From Stegostoma tigrinum (taxonomy: Eukaryota), in assembly GCF_030684315.1 (NCBI RefSeq), contig NC_081357.1, positions 129,966,808 through 130,030,807 on the forward strand: a DNA stretch of 64,000 nt, read 5' to 3'. Both the position numbers and the translations under genes were made by a program. Below, piece by piece: positions 25,545 to 36,691 of this stretch (position 1 is the stretch's first letter; each line of letters begins with the position of its first letter). The notes under the pieces are model-generated. The model searched no databases. It was not told the DNA's origin and was given only the letters and a program-made list of their open reading frames with translations.

Positions 25545-25667
25545 AACTCCCTTGTTTGCTCCACACTGCCCTCCAACCCCACCACACCCGGCACCTTCCC
25601 CTGCAACCGCAGGAAATGCTACACTTGCCCCCACACCACCTCCCTCACCCCCATCCCAGGCCCCAAG

Positions 25668-26138
25668 ATGACATTCCACATTAAGCAGAGGTTCACCTGC
25701 ACATCTGCCAATGTGGTATACTGCATCCACTGTACCCGGTGCGGCTTCCTCTACATTGGGGAAACCAAGCGGAGGCTTGGGGACCGCTTTGCAGAACACC
25801 TCCGCTCAGTTCGCAACAAACAACTGCACCTCCCAGTCGCAAACCATTTCCACTCCCCCTCCCATTCTCTAGATGACATGTCCATCATGGGCCTCCTGCA
25901 GTGCCACAATGATGCCACCCGAAGGTTGCAGGAACAGCAACTCATATTCCGCCTGGGAACCCTGCAGCCATATGTTATCAATGTGGACTTCACCAGTTTC
26001 AAAATCTCCCCTTCCCCCACCGCATCCCTAAACCAGCCCAGTTCGTCCTCTCCCCCCACTGCACCACACAACCAGCCCAGCTCTTCCCCCCCACCCACTG
26101 CATCCCAAAACCAGTCCAACCTGTCTCTGCCTCCCTAA
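25668..26138 (+). CDS. Uninterrupted PLE GIY-YIG endonuclease domain (C-terminal fragment of the PLE ORF)
   Basis: NVVYCIHCTRCGFLYIGETKRRLGDRFAEH..VANHF..RRLQEQQLIFRLGTLQPY.IN without the stop seen in the 7551 copy; lacks RT, so probably not expressed. Confidence 0.7.
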   Translation: MTFHIKQRFTCTSANVVYCIHCTRCGFLYIGETKRRLGDRFAEHLRSVRNKQLHLPVANHFHSPSHSLDDMSIMGLLQCHNDATRRLQEQQLIFRLGTLQPYVINVDFTSFKISPSPTASLNQPSSSSPPTAPHNQPSSSPPPTASQNQSNLSLPP

Positions 26139-26360
26139 CCGGTTCTTCCTCTCACCCATCCCTTCCTCCCACCCCCAGCCGCACCCCCAGCTACCTACTA
26201 ACCTCATCCCACCTCCTTGACCTGTCCGTCTTCCCTGGACTGACCTATCCCCTCCCTACCTCCCCACCTACACCCTCTCCACCTATCTTCTTTGCTCTCC
26301 ATCTTCGGTCCGCCTCCCCCTCTCTCCCTATTTATTCCAGTTCCCTCCCCCCATCCCCCT

Positions 26361-26392
26361 CTCTGATGAAGGGTCTAGGCCCGAAACGTCAG
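26361..26392 (+). ncRNA. Minimal hammerhead ribozyme motif (tandem copy 1)
   Basis: CTGATGA at 26363-26369, stem II gggtctaggccc, GAAACGTC at 26383-26390. Confidence 0.8.
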
Positions 26393-26747
26393 CTTTTGTG
26401 CTCCTGAGATGCTGCTTGGCCTGCTGTGTTCATCCAGCCTCACATTTTATTATCTTGGAATCTCCAGCATCTGCAGTTCCCATTATCTCTGATACTATTC
26501 CAACCTGTCTCTGCCTCCCTAACCTGTTCTTCCTCTCACCCATCCCTTCCTCCCACCCCAAGCCGCACCCCCATCTACCTACTAACCTCATCCCACCTCC
26601 TTGACCTGTCCGTCTTCCCTGGACTGACCTATCCCCTCCCTATCTCCCCACCTATACTCTCCTCTCCACCTATCTTCTTTTCTCTCCATCTTCGGTCCGC
26701 CTCCCCCTCTCTCCCTATTTATTCCAGTTCCCTCTCCCCATCCCCCT

Positions 26748-26779
26748 CTCTGATGAAGGGTCTAGGCCCGAAACGTCAG
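26748..26779 (+). ncRNA. Minimal hammerhead ribozyme motif (tandem copy 2)
   Basis: CTGATGA at 26750-26756, stem II gggtctaggccc, GAAACGTC at 26770-26777. Confidence 0.8.
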
Positions 26780-27652
26780 CTTTTGTGCTCCTGAGATACT
26801 GCTTGGCCTGCTGTGTTCATCCAGCCTCACATTTTATTATCAACGAATGGGATATGCTCGGGTGGAACTAGAAAACAAAAAGGGGCAGCAGGCATTGATT
26901 GAAGTTATTTAAAGACTGCCAAATAGTAGTGTAATCTGAGGTATGGTATTAATCAGCAGATGAGAGAAGCTTACAGTTTGGATAACACAGTTATTTGGTG
27001 ACTTCAATTCACACATAGACTGGTTTAACCAATTGAGCACTAAAGGTGCAGAGGAGGAGATTCTGGAATGTGTTAGGAATGGTTTTCTACAGCAGTGTGT
27101 TGAGGAGCCAACTACATCTAGTATTATGTAATACAAAATGGCTAACTAACAATCTTGTTGAAAAAAGAGCCTTTTTTGACATGTGACCACAATACGATAG
27201 AATTTTACATTATGTTTGAAATTGAGGTAGTTAATTTGAAGCAAGAGTTTCTGATTAAAAAGGGGAACCTACAGAAGCAGGAGGCACCAATTGAGGTGAA
27301 TTGAGAAAATACATTGAAAATCATGGCTGTACATCAGCAATCTTTGGATAATTATTAGATGCCTCAGAGAAACTAAATATTCCTTCAAGATGCAGAACTC
27401 AGAAAGGTCAGTCAATTGTGGTTAACAAAGGAAGTTTGGGATTGTACAAGATTTAATAAAAAGGCCCATGAAGTTGCCAGAAATAGCAGTTAATATGAGG
27501 ATTGTGTGGTTTTTACAATACTGTAAAGGAGGACAAATGAACATGAGAAACAGGAGAGTGGAATTTGGAAGCAGCTATATAAAAGCAGGCTGCCAAAGCC
27601 TCTATATATATGTAATACAGACACATCTGACTAAAACAACTGTGCATCCGTG

Positions 27653-27850
27653 AAAACAAAAAATTGTTGGAGGTCACAGTGGGTGAGGCAGCATCATGGA
27701 GAGAGAGCAAACTAACATTTTGAGTCCAGATGACTCTTCATCAGAGCAAGTTCTGCTTGCTTTCTGTCCACGGATGCTGCTTGACCCATTGTGATTTGCA
27801 GCACTTTCTGTTTTCAATAGATTCCAGCAGTTGCAGTAATTTGCTCCTAT
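27653..27850. mobile_element. Older fold-back pLTR hairpin (second PLE family) inside CR1
   Basis: Imperfect inverted arms; minus strand reads gctCTGATGAagagtcatctggactcAAAAtgTTA, a degenerate hammerhead. Confidence 0.75.
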
Positions 27851-28750
27851 TGTGTGTGTCCATTGCAGACAGAATCAGGAGAATATAAAACGGGGAATAA
27901 GTTAATTGATTACTTTATAACTGAGGAAGATACAAGAAATTTCACAGAACTAAAGAATCAAGTGGGTAGGTAAAATGAGGAGTCGAAAGAATTAAAATTA
28001 AAGATGATCTTACTGAAGAAATTAATGGGGCTGAAAGCTGATAAACTTGCAGAACATGATGGTCTACATTCCAGAAAGTTGAAGGAGGCGACTGTAAGAT
28101 AGTCAATACATTGATGATTACCTTTCAAAATTCGATAGCTTCTGGAATAGCCCCTGTGGATTGGAAGGTAGAAAACATCACCCTACTACTTAAAATTGGA
28201 CCAAGAAAGAAAACAATGTATTACAGACCAATTAGGCTTACATCAGTAATAGGGAAAATGGTAGGATTTATTAGAAAGGAAGGTATAAATTGTCACTGGG
28301 ATGATAATGGTTTAATGGGGCATAGTAACATGGATTTGCTAAGGATTGAAATAGTGCCTGATAAATTTGTGGGAGTGTTTTGAAGACACTACAATCAAAA
28401 TTGATAAAGGACTGCTGACGGACATTATATACTAAGATTTATGGACATTTTTGATAAAGTATTTCACAAGAAGCTGGCTAGAAAATCTAAGAAACATGGG
28501 TTAGGAGATAATATAACGGCATGGCTTAACAGACAGAAAACAGAGTGTAGGAATACGTGGATCATTCTGGCTGGCAGGCTGTGAGGAGTGGTGTACCACA
28601 AAGACCAGTGCTTTGGGCCCAGCTCTTCAGAATATATATCAATAATTAGGACATGAGGACCAAATGCAATATTTCCTAATTTGCAAGTGATACAAAGCTG
28701 AGTGAGAATGTATTTTGCAAGGAACATATAAAATGGCTTAAGAAGGATTT

Positions 28751-28925
28751 GAGATAGCAGGAACTGCAGATGCTGGAGTCAGAGATAACACAGAGTGGAG
28801 CTGGAGGAACACAGCAGGCCAGGCAGCATCAGAGGAGCAGGAGAGTTGACATTTTGGGTCAGGAAATGGGGAGGGGAAAGGGAACTGGGAAATAAATAGA
28901 GAATGGAGGGGTGGGGCTGGGGAAG
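28751..28925 (-). mobile_element. Solo PLE pLTR fragment inside CR1
   Basis: gagatagcaggaactgcagatgctggag..cagcaggccaggcagcatcagaggagc is the reverse complement of the pLTR 3' part. Confidence 0.85.
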
Positions 28926-29094
28926 GTGGACAAGTTTAGAGAATGGGGCAAAAACATGGCATATGGAACTTAATGTGGAAAAATGTGAGGTTATTCACTT
29001 TGGTAAGAGGAATACATGAACAAAGTATTCCTTAAATTAGAAGAGGGTGCAAAGTATAGTTATTTAAAGGGACCTAGGAGTCCTTGTCAATAAG

Positions 29095-29805
29095 TCATAA
29101 AATCAGAGAGGCATACAGCACTGAAGAGGCCCTTAGGCCCATCAGGTCTGTGGTGACCAATGTATCGTAATCCCACTTTCCAAAATTGGGCCAATAGCCT
29201 TGAATATTATCACATTATACCAGCCCATCCAAGTACCTTTTAAAGATTGTGAGGGTTTTCTGCCTCCATTACTCCCCTCCGGGTAATGTATTTCTGAGTC
29301 CCAACACCTACTGGGTGAAAAGTGTTTTCCTCAAGTTCTCTCTAAGCCTCCTGCCCTTCACCTTAAAATTATGTTAAATTGTTCCTGACCTTTCAACAAA
29401 GGGGACAGTTGTTTTCTATCCATCCTGTCCGCGTCCCTCATAATCTTACACACTTCAACACGGTTCCTCCTCAGTCTTCTCTGCTCTAAAGGAAATTACC
29501 TGAACTTACCCAGCGACTCTCTGTTGTTGAAATGCTCCATACCAGGCAACATCCTGGTGAATCTCCTTTGCATCCAGTGCAAATCACATCCTTCCTATTG
29601 TGTGGAGGCCAGAACTGCACACAGTGTCCAGCTGTGGCCGAACCAAAGTTCAGTACCACACCAACATGACCTCCTTGCTCTTATAATCTATGCCTTAACT
29701 GATAAAGAAAAGTGCACTATACTCCTTCTTAACTACACCATTACCCTGTCTCCCACCTTCAGGGATCTGTGGACAAGCACCCCAAAATCTCTCCGTTCCT
29801 CTGAG
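29095..29805 (-). mobile_element. CR1-clade LINE 3' fragment nested antisense in the older CR1
   Basis: Homologous to 14500-15200 (ccaggcaacatcctggtgaa, ccagaactgcacacag). Confidence 0.85.
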
Positions 29806-30562
29806 CCACAGAAGGTTAACAGCAATTGATTCAGCAGCTTAATGGAATTTTGACCGATTGCAAGAGAATTTGATTGCAGGAGTGGTGAAGTTTAGTTTCA
29901 ATTGCATAAAAGCTTGGTTCAGCCACACCTTGGTTCACTATTTATTATATTATTGTCAAAGGAGGAGTGAAATAACACCATACTGATTCCTGAGATGGCA
30001 GGAATGTCCTGTTGGGGGCTCGGGGGGGGTGGGATGGGCAAACTGGGCCAGTATTCTCAAGCATATCGAACAGTGAGAAATGATCTCGCTGAAACTCATG
30101 AAATACTAAAGCGATAGAGGAGGTAAGATGTTTTGCTTGGTTGGGTAGTCTAGAGGCAGGGATCACAATTTAACAACAAAGGGAATGCCATTTAGGTATG
30201 TGATGAAGGGAAATCTTTTTACTTAGAGGACTGAGACGATTGTGAGATTGTTAGAGAATTCTGTACTGCAGAAAGCTGTAGAGACTTACTCTTTGAGTAT
30301 ATTTAAGGTTGATAAATATCTGATTACCAATGGCATACAGGGTTATGGGATGGTGTAGGTAAAAAGCATGGGTGTGTGGAATCAGCCATGATCATATTGA
30401 ATGACAGGGCAGGCTGAACTCTCCAAAACGGAGGTGGAAAGAGAACATGCAAATTTTTTTTGAGACAGAGGTGGATAAATTCCTGATGAGCAAGGTGGTG
30501 AAAGATTAACAAGGGTCAGCGGGAATGTGGATTTAAGGTTACAATCAGTTCAGTCATGATCA

Positions 30563-32584
30563 AATCATCATCTCCAATACCATCCATGACCTCATCACCT
30601 CAGGGGACCTCCCACCCACAGCCTCCAACCTTATTGTTCCCCAACCCCGCTCGGCACGCTTCTATCTCCTTCCCCAAATTCACAAACCTGCCTGCCTTGG
30701 TCGACCCATTGTCTCAGCCTGTTCCTGCCACACCAAACTCATCTCCACCTATCAGGACTCCATTTTCTCCCCTTTGGTCCAGGAGCTCCTTACCTATGTC
30801 CGTGACACCACCCACGCCCTCCACCTCCTCCAGAACTTCCAATTCATTGGCCCACAACACCTCATTTTCACCATGGACATCCAGTCCCTTTACACCTGTA
30901 TTCCTCATGCTGATCGCCTGAAGACCTTCCACTTCTTCCTGTCCCGCAGGCCTGACCAGTCCCCCTCCACCGACATCCTCATCCACCTAGCCGAACTCGT
31001 CCTCACCCTCAACAACTTCTCTTTCGATTCCTCCCACTTCCTACAGACAAAGGGGGTGGCCATGGGTACCTGCATGGGCCCAAGCTATGCCTGCCTCTTT
31101 GTAGGTTACGTGGAACAGTCCCTGTTCCACACCTACACAGGCCCCAAACCCCACCTCTTCCTCCGTTACTGTATCGGCACCACCTCTTGCTCCCCAGAGG
31201 AGCTCGAACAGTTCATCCACTTCACCAACACCTTCCACCCCAACCTCAAGTTCACCTGGGCCATCTCCAACACATCCCTCACCTTCCTGACCTCTCAGTC
31301 TCCATCTCAGGTAACCAGCTAGAAATTGATGTCCGTTTCAAGCCCACCGACTCCCACAGCTACCTAGAATACACCTCCTCCCCCCCACCCTCCTGCACAA
31401 ATTCCATCCCCTATTCCCAATTCCTCCATCGCATCTGCTCCCAGGTGAGGCATTCCACTCCCGCATATCCCAGATGTCCAAGTTTTTCATGGACTGCAAC
31501 TTTCCCCCCACAGTGGTCGAGAACGCCCTTGACACACTCTCCCACATTTCCCGCACCACATCCCTCACACCCCGCCCCTGCCACAACCACCCCAGAGGGT
31601 CCCCCTTGTTCTCACATACCACCCCACCAACCTCCGGATACAACGCATCTTCCTCCGACCCTTCCGCCATCTACAATCTGACCCCACCACCCATGACATT
31701 TTTCCATCTCCACCCTTGTCTGCCTTCCAGAGAGACCACTCTCTCTGTGACTCCATTGTCCGCTCCACACTCCCCTCCAACCCCGCCACACCCGGCACCT
31801 TCCCCTGCAACCGCAGGAAGTGCTACACTTGCCCCCACACCTCCTCCCTCACCCCCATCCCAGGCCTCAAGATGACTTTCCACATTAAGCAGATGTTCAC
31901 CTGCACATCTGCCAATGTGGTATACTGTATCCACTGTACCCAGTGTGGCTTCCTCTACATTGGGGAAACCAAGCGAAGACTTGGGGATCGCTTTGTAGAA
32001 CACCTCCGCTTGGTTCGCAATAAACAACTGCACCTCCCAGTCGCGAATCATTTTAACTCCCCCTCCCATTCCTCAGACGACATGTCCGTCATGGGCCTCC
32101 TGCAGTGCCACAATGATGCCACCCGAAGGTTGCAGGAACAGCAACTCATATTCCGCTTGGGAACCCTGCAGCCCAATGGTATCAACGTGGACTTCACAAG
32201 CTTCAAAATCTCCCCCTTCCCCACTGCATCCCAAAACCAGCCCAGCCTGTCCCCACCTCCCTAACCTGTTCTTCCTCTCACCTGTCCCTTCCTCTCACGT
32301 CATGCTGCACCTCCATTTCCTACCTACCACCTCATCCCACCTCCTTGACCTGTCCGTCTTCCCTGGACTGACCTATCCCCTCCCTACCTCCCCACCTATA
32401 CTCTCCTTTCCACCTATCTTCTTTTCTCTCCATCTTCGGTTCGCCTCCCCCTCTCTCCCTATTTATTCCAGAACCCTCTCCCCATGCCCCTCTCTGATTA
32501 AGGGTCTAGGGCTGAAACGTCAGCTTTTGTGCTCCTGAGATACTGCTGGGCCTGCTGTGTTCATCCAGCTCCACACCTTGTTAA
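30563..32584 (+). mobile_element. Penelope-like element with RT, GIY-YIG and pLTR; frameshifted
   Basis: YVRDTTH..TMDIQSLYTCIPH..LVLTLNNFSFD..QTKGVAMGTCMGPSYACLF..FLRY (the YIDD codons are deleted) and GIY-YIG ORF 31716-32264; TSD cagtcatg(a/g)tca at 30551-30562 and 32585-32596, inside a CR1 tail. Confidence 0.96.
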
Positions 32585-33279
32585 CAGTCATGGTCATATT
32601 GAGTTGTGCAAGAGGGTCAATGGATTGAATGTCTGCACCTAGTTCGTATATCGGTATGTCTGTTGGGGGCAAACTCACACAATTAGTTCCTCATCTTGTC
32701 ATAATCAAGGAGCAGAAAATTCCTTTCCTGTCTTAGCAACTGTGTGTGTATAAAGCAAATCCAAAAGCACCAGTGCACTCAAATGGTAAACATTGTAATT
32801 TTCCCCCACTTCATTGTTTATTTGACAGGTGTGGAGAAGCAGAATTCTTGGGAGTATTTCATTGAACCCCATTATTTAAAGGCTCACTGCATCTTTGGGA
32901 AGAGAAATTGAGGAGCTAAGTAATTTCATGTCCACACAACATTGCCAAGATTTGGTAACGCAACTACAGCTGTGCTCTAAATAATATTGCATTTGGTGCT
33001 AAGTGTATGCAGTACTAAGTTTATTAGCACTACTCACACAGGACCTGAGAACAGATAAATTTTCTTTGGCTTTAAACAACTAAAAGAAAGTTTTTAGAAT
33101 TGTTTTGCATTTCTACGTGTTTAGTTTTTGCCCCTCCCACACCTGAACTTCCCAGATTATTGTTGACAGAACTTTATTGAGCCTGAAGATGTCTACATTT
33201 CACAGATGGTCTGAATATAAGACACATCATATGCAGTTGTGGTGTGTGTGGGATTTCAATTTTCATGTCCTTCCATCAC

Positions 33280-33540
33280 TGCACTCCTCCCTATCTCAGC
33301 AAAGGTCACCATTCACAATATCTGCACCATTCCAAATTTAAGCCCCCTAAATTATAGAACTCTGTCACTAAACCTTGACACCACTCTCCATCAGAACACT
33401 TTTCTGATCAAGCTTTTGATTACTTCTCTTAATACTTCTTTATGAGGCTTGGTGATAAAGATGATTTGATAATACCTCTGTGAAGCATTTTGGTAGGTTT
33501 TACCATGTATAGGCACTATACAAATGAAAAGTATTGGAGT
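33280..33540 (+). mobile_element. L2-clade LINE 3' end
   Basis: Degenerate LKT.LF.QAF end and 3' UTR ctctgtgaagcattttgg..ggcactatacaaatg. Confidence 0.65.
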
Positions 33541-35009
33541 GTTTAACTGTCATATACTTATTAAAAGTTCATGAATTTTAAATTTATTTTTTGTTTTATC
33601 CTCATATAGATGAAGGATATGATTGTTCATAAATTAAACAATCACTCTCAAGCTCTCCTTTTACTGTGATTCTGGTGCAGAGAGCAGCTCCTTCATTTAC
33701 ATTAAACTTTTTCCCCAGTTATAACGGCAGTTCTGCCTCACTATGGTAACAGCGTTCACAGCAGATGGTTACATAATTAGAACCATGAATGTGAGATAAA
33801 ACCTATACTTTAGTATTGAGCTTGATCCTCAGAGTTTTATTCCTACCTTGAAATCTGGTGGTCTGCCATTGAATTGCACTTCATCTACCTGTTGGCCAAG
33901 AGTGAGGATAACCTGCTTTGCTTGTATGTGTGCCTCCTATGATGGCATTATCAGGTAACTGGTTAAACATCAGATGATTACACAACATTCTTGTTGTTGG
34001 TTTATTTCTGAGGTGATCCTGTAAATTGTTAATGATGAACTTGTGCCCTCTTGTTTCAGACTCTTAATCCAATCATTATATCCTATTTGCAACAACATAT
34101 CCTATGATCCTTCACGTTTACAGACCTGGATGTTATCTTTACCAGTCTGTCTGATCCTTTTTGCCTTTTTTCCAGTTATACTGCGGCTAACAACTTGATG
34201 TACAATTTTTGCAAATCTCAGCATGGCACAGTGATCAAGGAGTCACCAAAAACTTCATGTTAATGAATGTGGCTGTCGGATTGGCACCCAGTAGGCCGAC
34301 TGGATCTCTGTATCTCATAGAATATGGGCCGGAATCAGAACAACTAGAAAACTAAAAACTAGAAATTTGAATATTCACTTCAAAAAGAATCCCACACAAC
34401 CTCCCACTGGCAAGAAGAGGTTAAGGTTTGGGCTAGGTCATGATCCTGACACACATCTTATGTGACATCAAGGTTACTATTGGCTAGCCTAGAGGAGATT
34501 TTTCTTCCATGTCCCAGTGTCTTATTCAGGTGGATTTTGTAAATCTGACAGATAAGAGAGTTTAGGAATATACTGACATAAAAGTATTAAATGTTTTAAC
34601 ACCTTCAAATGTCAATATTAGATGCTGCATTATAAGTTAGATATGCTTTCACTGCTGTATCTGATGATAGGGTTCTCTCCTAAAAGTGCAACTTGACCAA
34701 CCAACATTATACAAGTATTGACTTGCATTACAGCAGTGTTTCCCATTAGAAAGTGTGCTACTATCCATTAAAAAGTATGGAAAACTATGCTTGGGAACTC
34801 CAGTGTCATAGTCTAGCCACGTGACATTGGACTCACTATTGCGCTGGAGCTGTAAAACTTTGTTTAACAGCTGAGTCAATTATGAGTGCTTAGTTGAGTT
34901 CCAAACTACTTTGCAGAGCAGGAAGTTGTATACAGTCTGGTTGACAATTATAACAGGTTATTAAAAGATTATCTGTCTCTGATGTGGTGTCAGAACATCT
35001 TGTTCCTTG

Positions 35010-35127
35010 GATAAGCATATGGATAATGATGGGATAGTGTAGGGGGAGGGGCTTAGATTAGTTCACAGGTCGGCGCACCATCGAGGGCCGAAGGGTCTGT
35101 TCTGCGCTGTATTGTTCTATGTTCTAT
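35010..35127 (+). mobile_element. CR1 3' tail fragment
   Basis: gagggccgaagggtctgttctgcgctgtat followed by (tgttcta)n. Confidence 0.8.
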
Positions 35128-36498
35128 CTGTTCAGTTTTAAAACTGATTGACAATTTAAGAATTTTATTTTTTTTCCAGTGGATCTGTATGCCTTTTTCA
35201 GTATGAATTGTGGCAGTGATAGTGAATAAAAGCTGTATTGCACTGTTAGAGATTTCTTTTATATCCATATCCAAGATTTCCCAATGACTGATCTGTAACA
35301 TCCTGTTGGGAGCCAAGGGAGAGGGGTAATGGAGGTTGAGGAGGGATAGTGAGTGGTGAGAGGTGATGGTTAGCAGGCCCAAAGCTGATGTGGAGAGCGG
35401 CGCTGATGTCCCCAAGAACCAAAGCAGACCTTTGTAACAGCCCAGCTTAGCACCTGAACTCTCCTGGCCACTGAGTCTGCCTGGGTAAATAGCAGATCTG
35501 AATCTTGTCTGCACACCTCTGTAGGAGACAGAACGTCTGGCCCCTTGAGTATATGCTATTACCTTTTCCATTGATGCACATGTACACTGTTCTGGATCAG
35601 TGGAATAATTGTACATTTGGAGCTGTACACTGTTAAATATCTAAAGTCAAAACCTAAAGCTAAATGCAAAGCTAAAAAATTATACTCATTGAAATTCGAA
35701 ATGTTCATTTAAAACTTTAATAATTAAATATATTCTTTGGAGTGGCAATGTACTGTTGCCACCCTTGTAGATTACAGTGACCAGACATGACACATTCTTT
35801 TCTTCTTTCCCAATGACTAATCACTTTGCAGTTGTGATTGTTCTAATATCTGTGACCTTGTGGTTGCTTACACTGAAGTTAGTTTAGCAGTTCTTTGTTC
35901 ATCTGTTTTATTGATTCCCGTTCCTCTGAATGCTATTGAACTCCCTTACACTAGCCACTTTTCAAATTTGTCTTTATTCACGTTAGAAGCACTCTCTATT
36001 GCAACATTATAAAGCAACGTGTGAAGTTCATGTTCCTGTCGCCTACAGTCTGTTCAGAAGTCAATGATATCTACAGGATTCTCTAACCATTAAAATTAAT
36101 GATTGGAAAATCTTGTAAAGTCTGGTGACAACCATCCCTGAATTACCCTTATTCTTTCCTTACTTAGGGCATGATGACAAATGTGAAAAACGTTTCTTGT
36201 CCTTTGTTATATTTTCACATGCAACAAAGCAACATACCTGCACCTATGTATGGTACAGGTTTATTGCTCACTGCCCATTGTCGGGAAAATATCCATTATT
36301 CACCAGATTAATTTATTTTGATGATAAAACTGGAAGTACAGACAGTTTCTAAACAAAACAATAATAAAGCAGTTCAACTATCTGTTGTCATTGCTACATT
36401 TGAGCAAAAAATATGCTAAATAAAATGTTAATACAGTTAGATGTTTGTATTAATTGCTGCACAGAAGAATAGCGGTAACCTGGATCAGATACAGAATT

Positions 36499-36691
36499 AA
36501 CAAAGTGTGGAGCTGGATGAACACAGCAGGCCAAGCAGCATCTTAGCAGCACCAAAGCTGACGTTTCGGGCTTAGACCCTAGGCCCGAAACATCAGTTTT
36601 TGTGCTGCTAAGATGCTGCTTGTCCTGCTGTGTTTATCCAGCTCCACACTTTGTTATCTCGGATTCTCCAGCATCTGCAGTTCCCATTATC
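36499..36691. mobile_element. Solo fold-back pLTR hairpin insertion with 14-bp TSD
   Basis: Inverted arms centred on gggcttagaccctaggccc; tcagatacagaatt at 36485-36498 and 36692-36705. Confidence 0.92.

Larger units (their letters stand above)
25546..26840 (+). mobile_element. Young 5'-truncated Penelope-like element with tandem pLTRs
   Basis: Nearly identical to 7770-8716; a second pLTR unit spans 26498-26840. Confidence 0.96.
24890..30420 (+). mobile_element. Old CR1-clade LINE ORF2 (EN-RT-3' end) fragmented by younger insertions
   Basis: WVLNIQ..KDRQEGKGG (24970-25045), VEL.NKKG and IIGDFN-like (26860-27010), DWKVENIT..YRPIRLTSVIGK (28111-28383), GVPQ and FASD (28590-28695), 3' end to about 30420. 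Confidence 0.85.

Noticed and set aside
32828-32925. Plus-strand acceptor tttatttgacag followed by exon-like sequence
   Set aside because: All three frames hit stops before a convincing donor.
35053-35616. 187-aa minus ORF
   Set aside because: Runs into a CR1 tail, has no domain signature and is likely a chance ORF.
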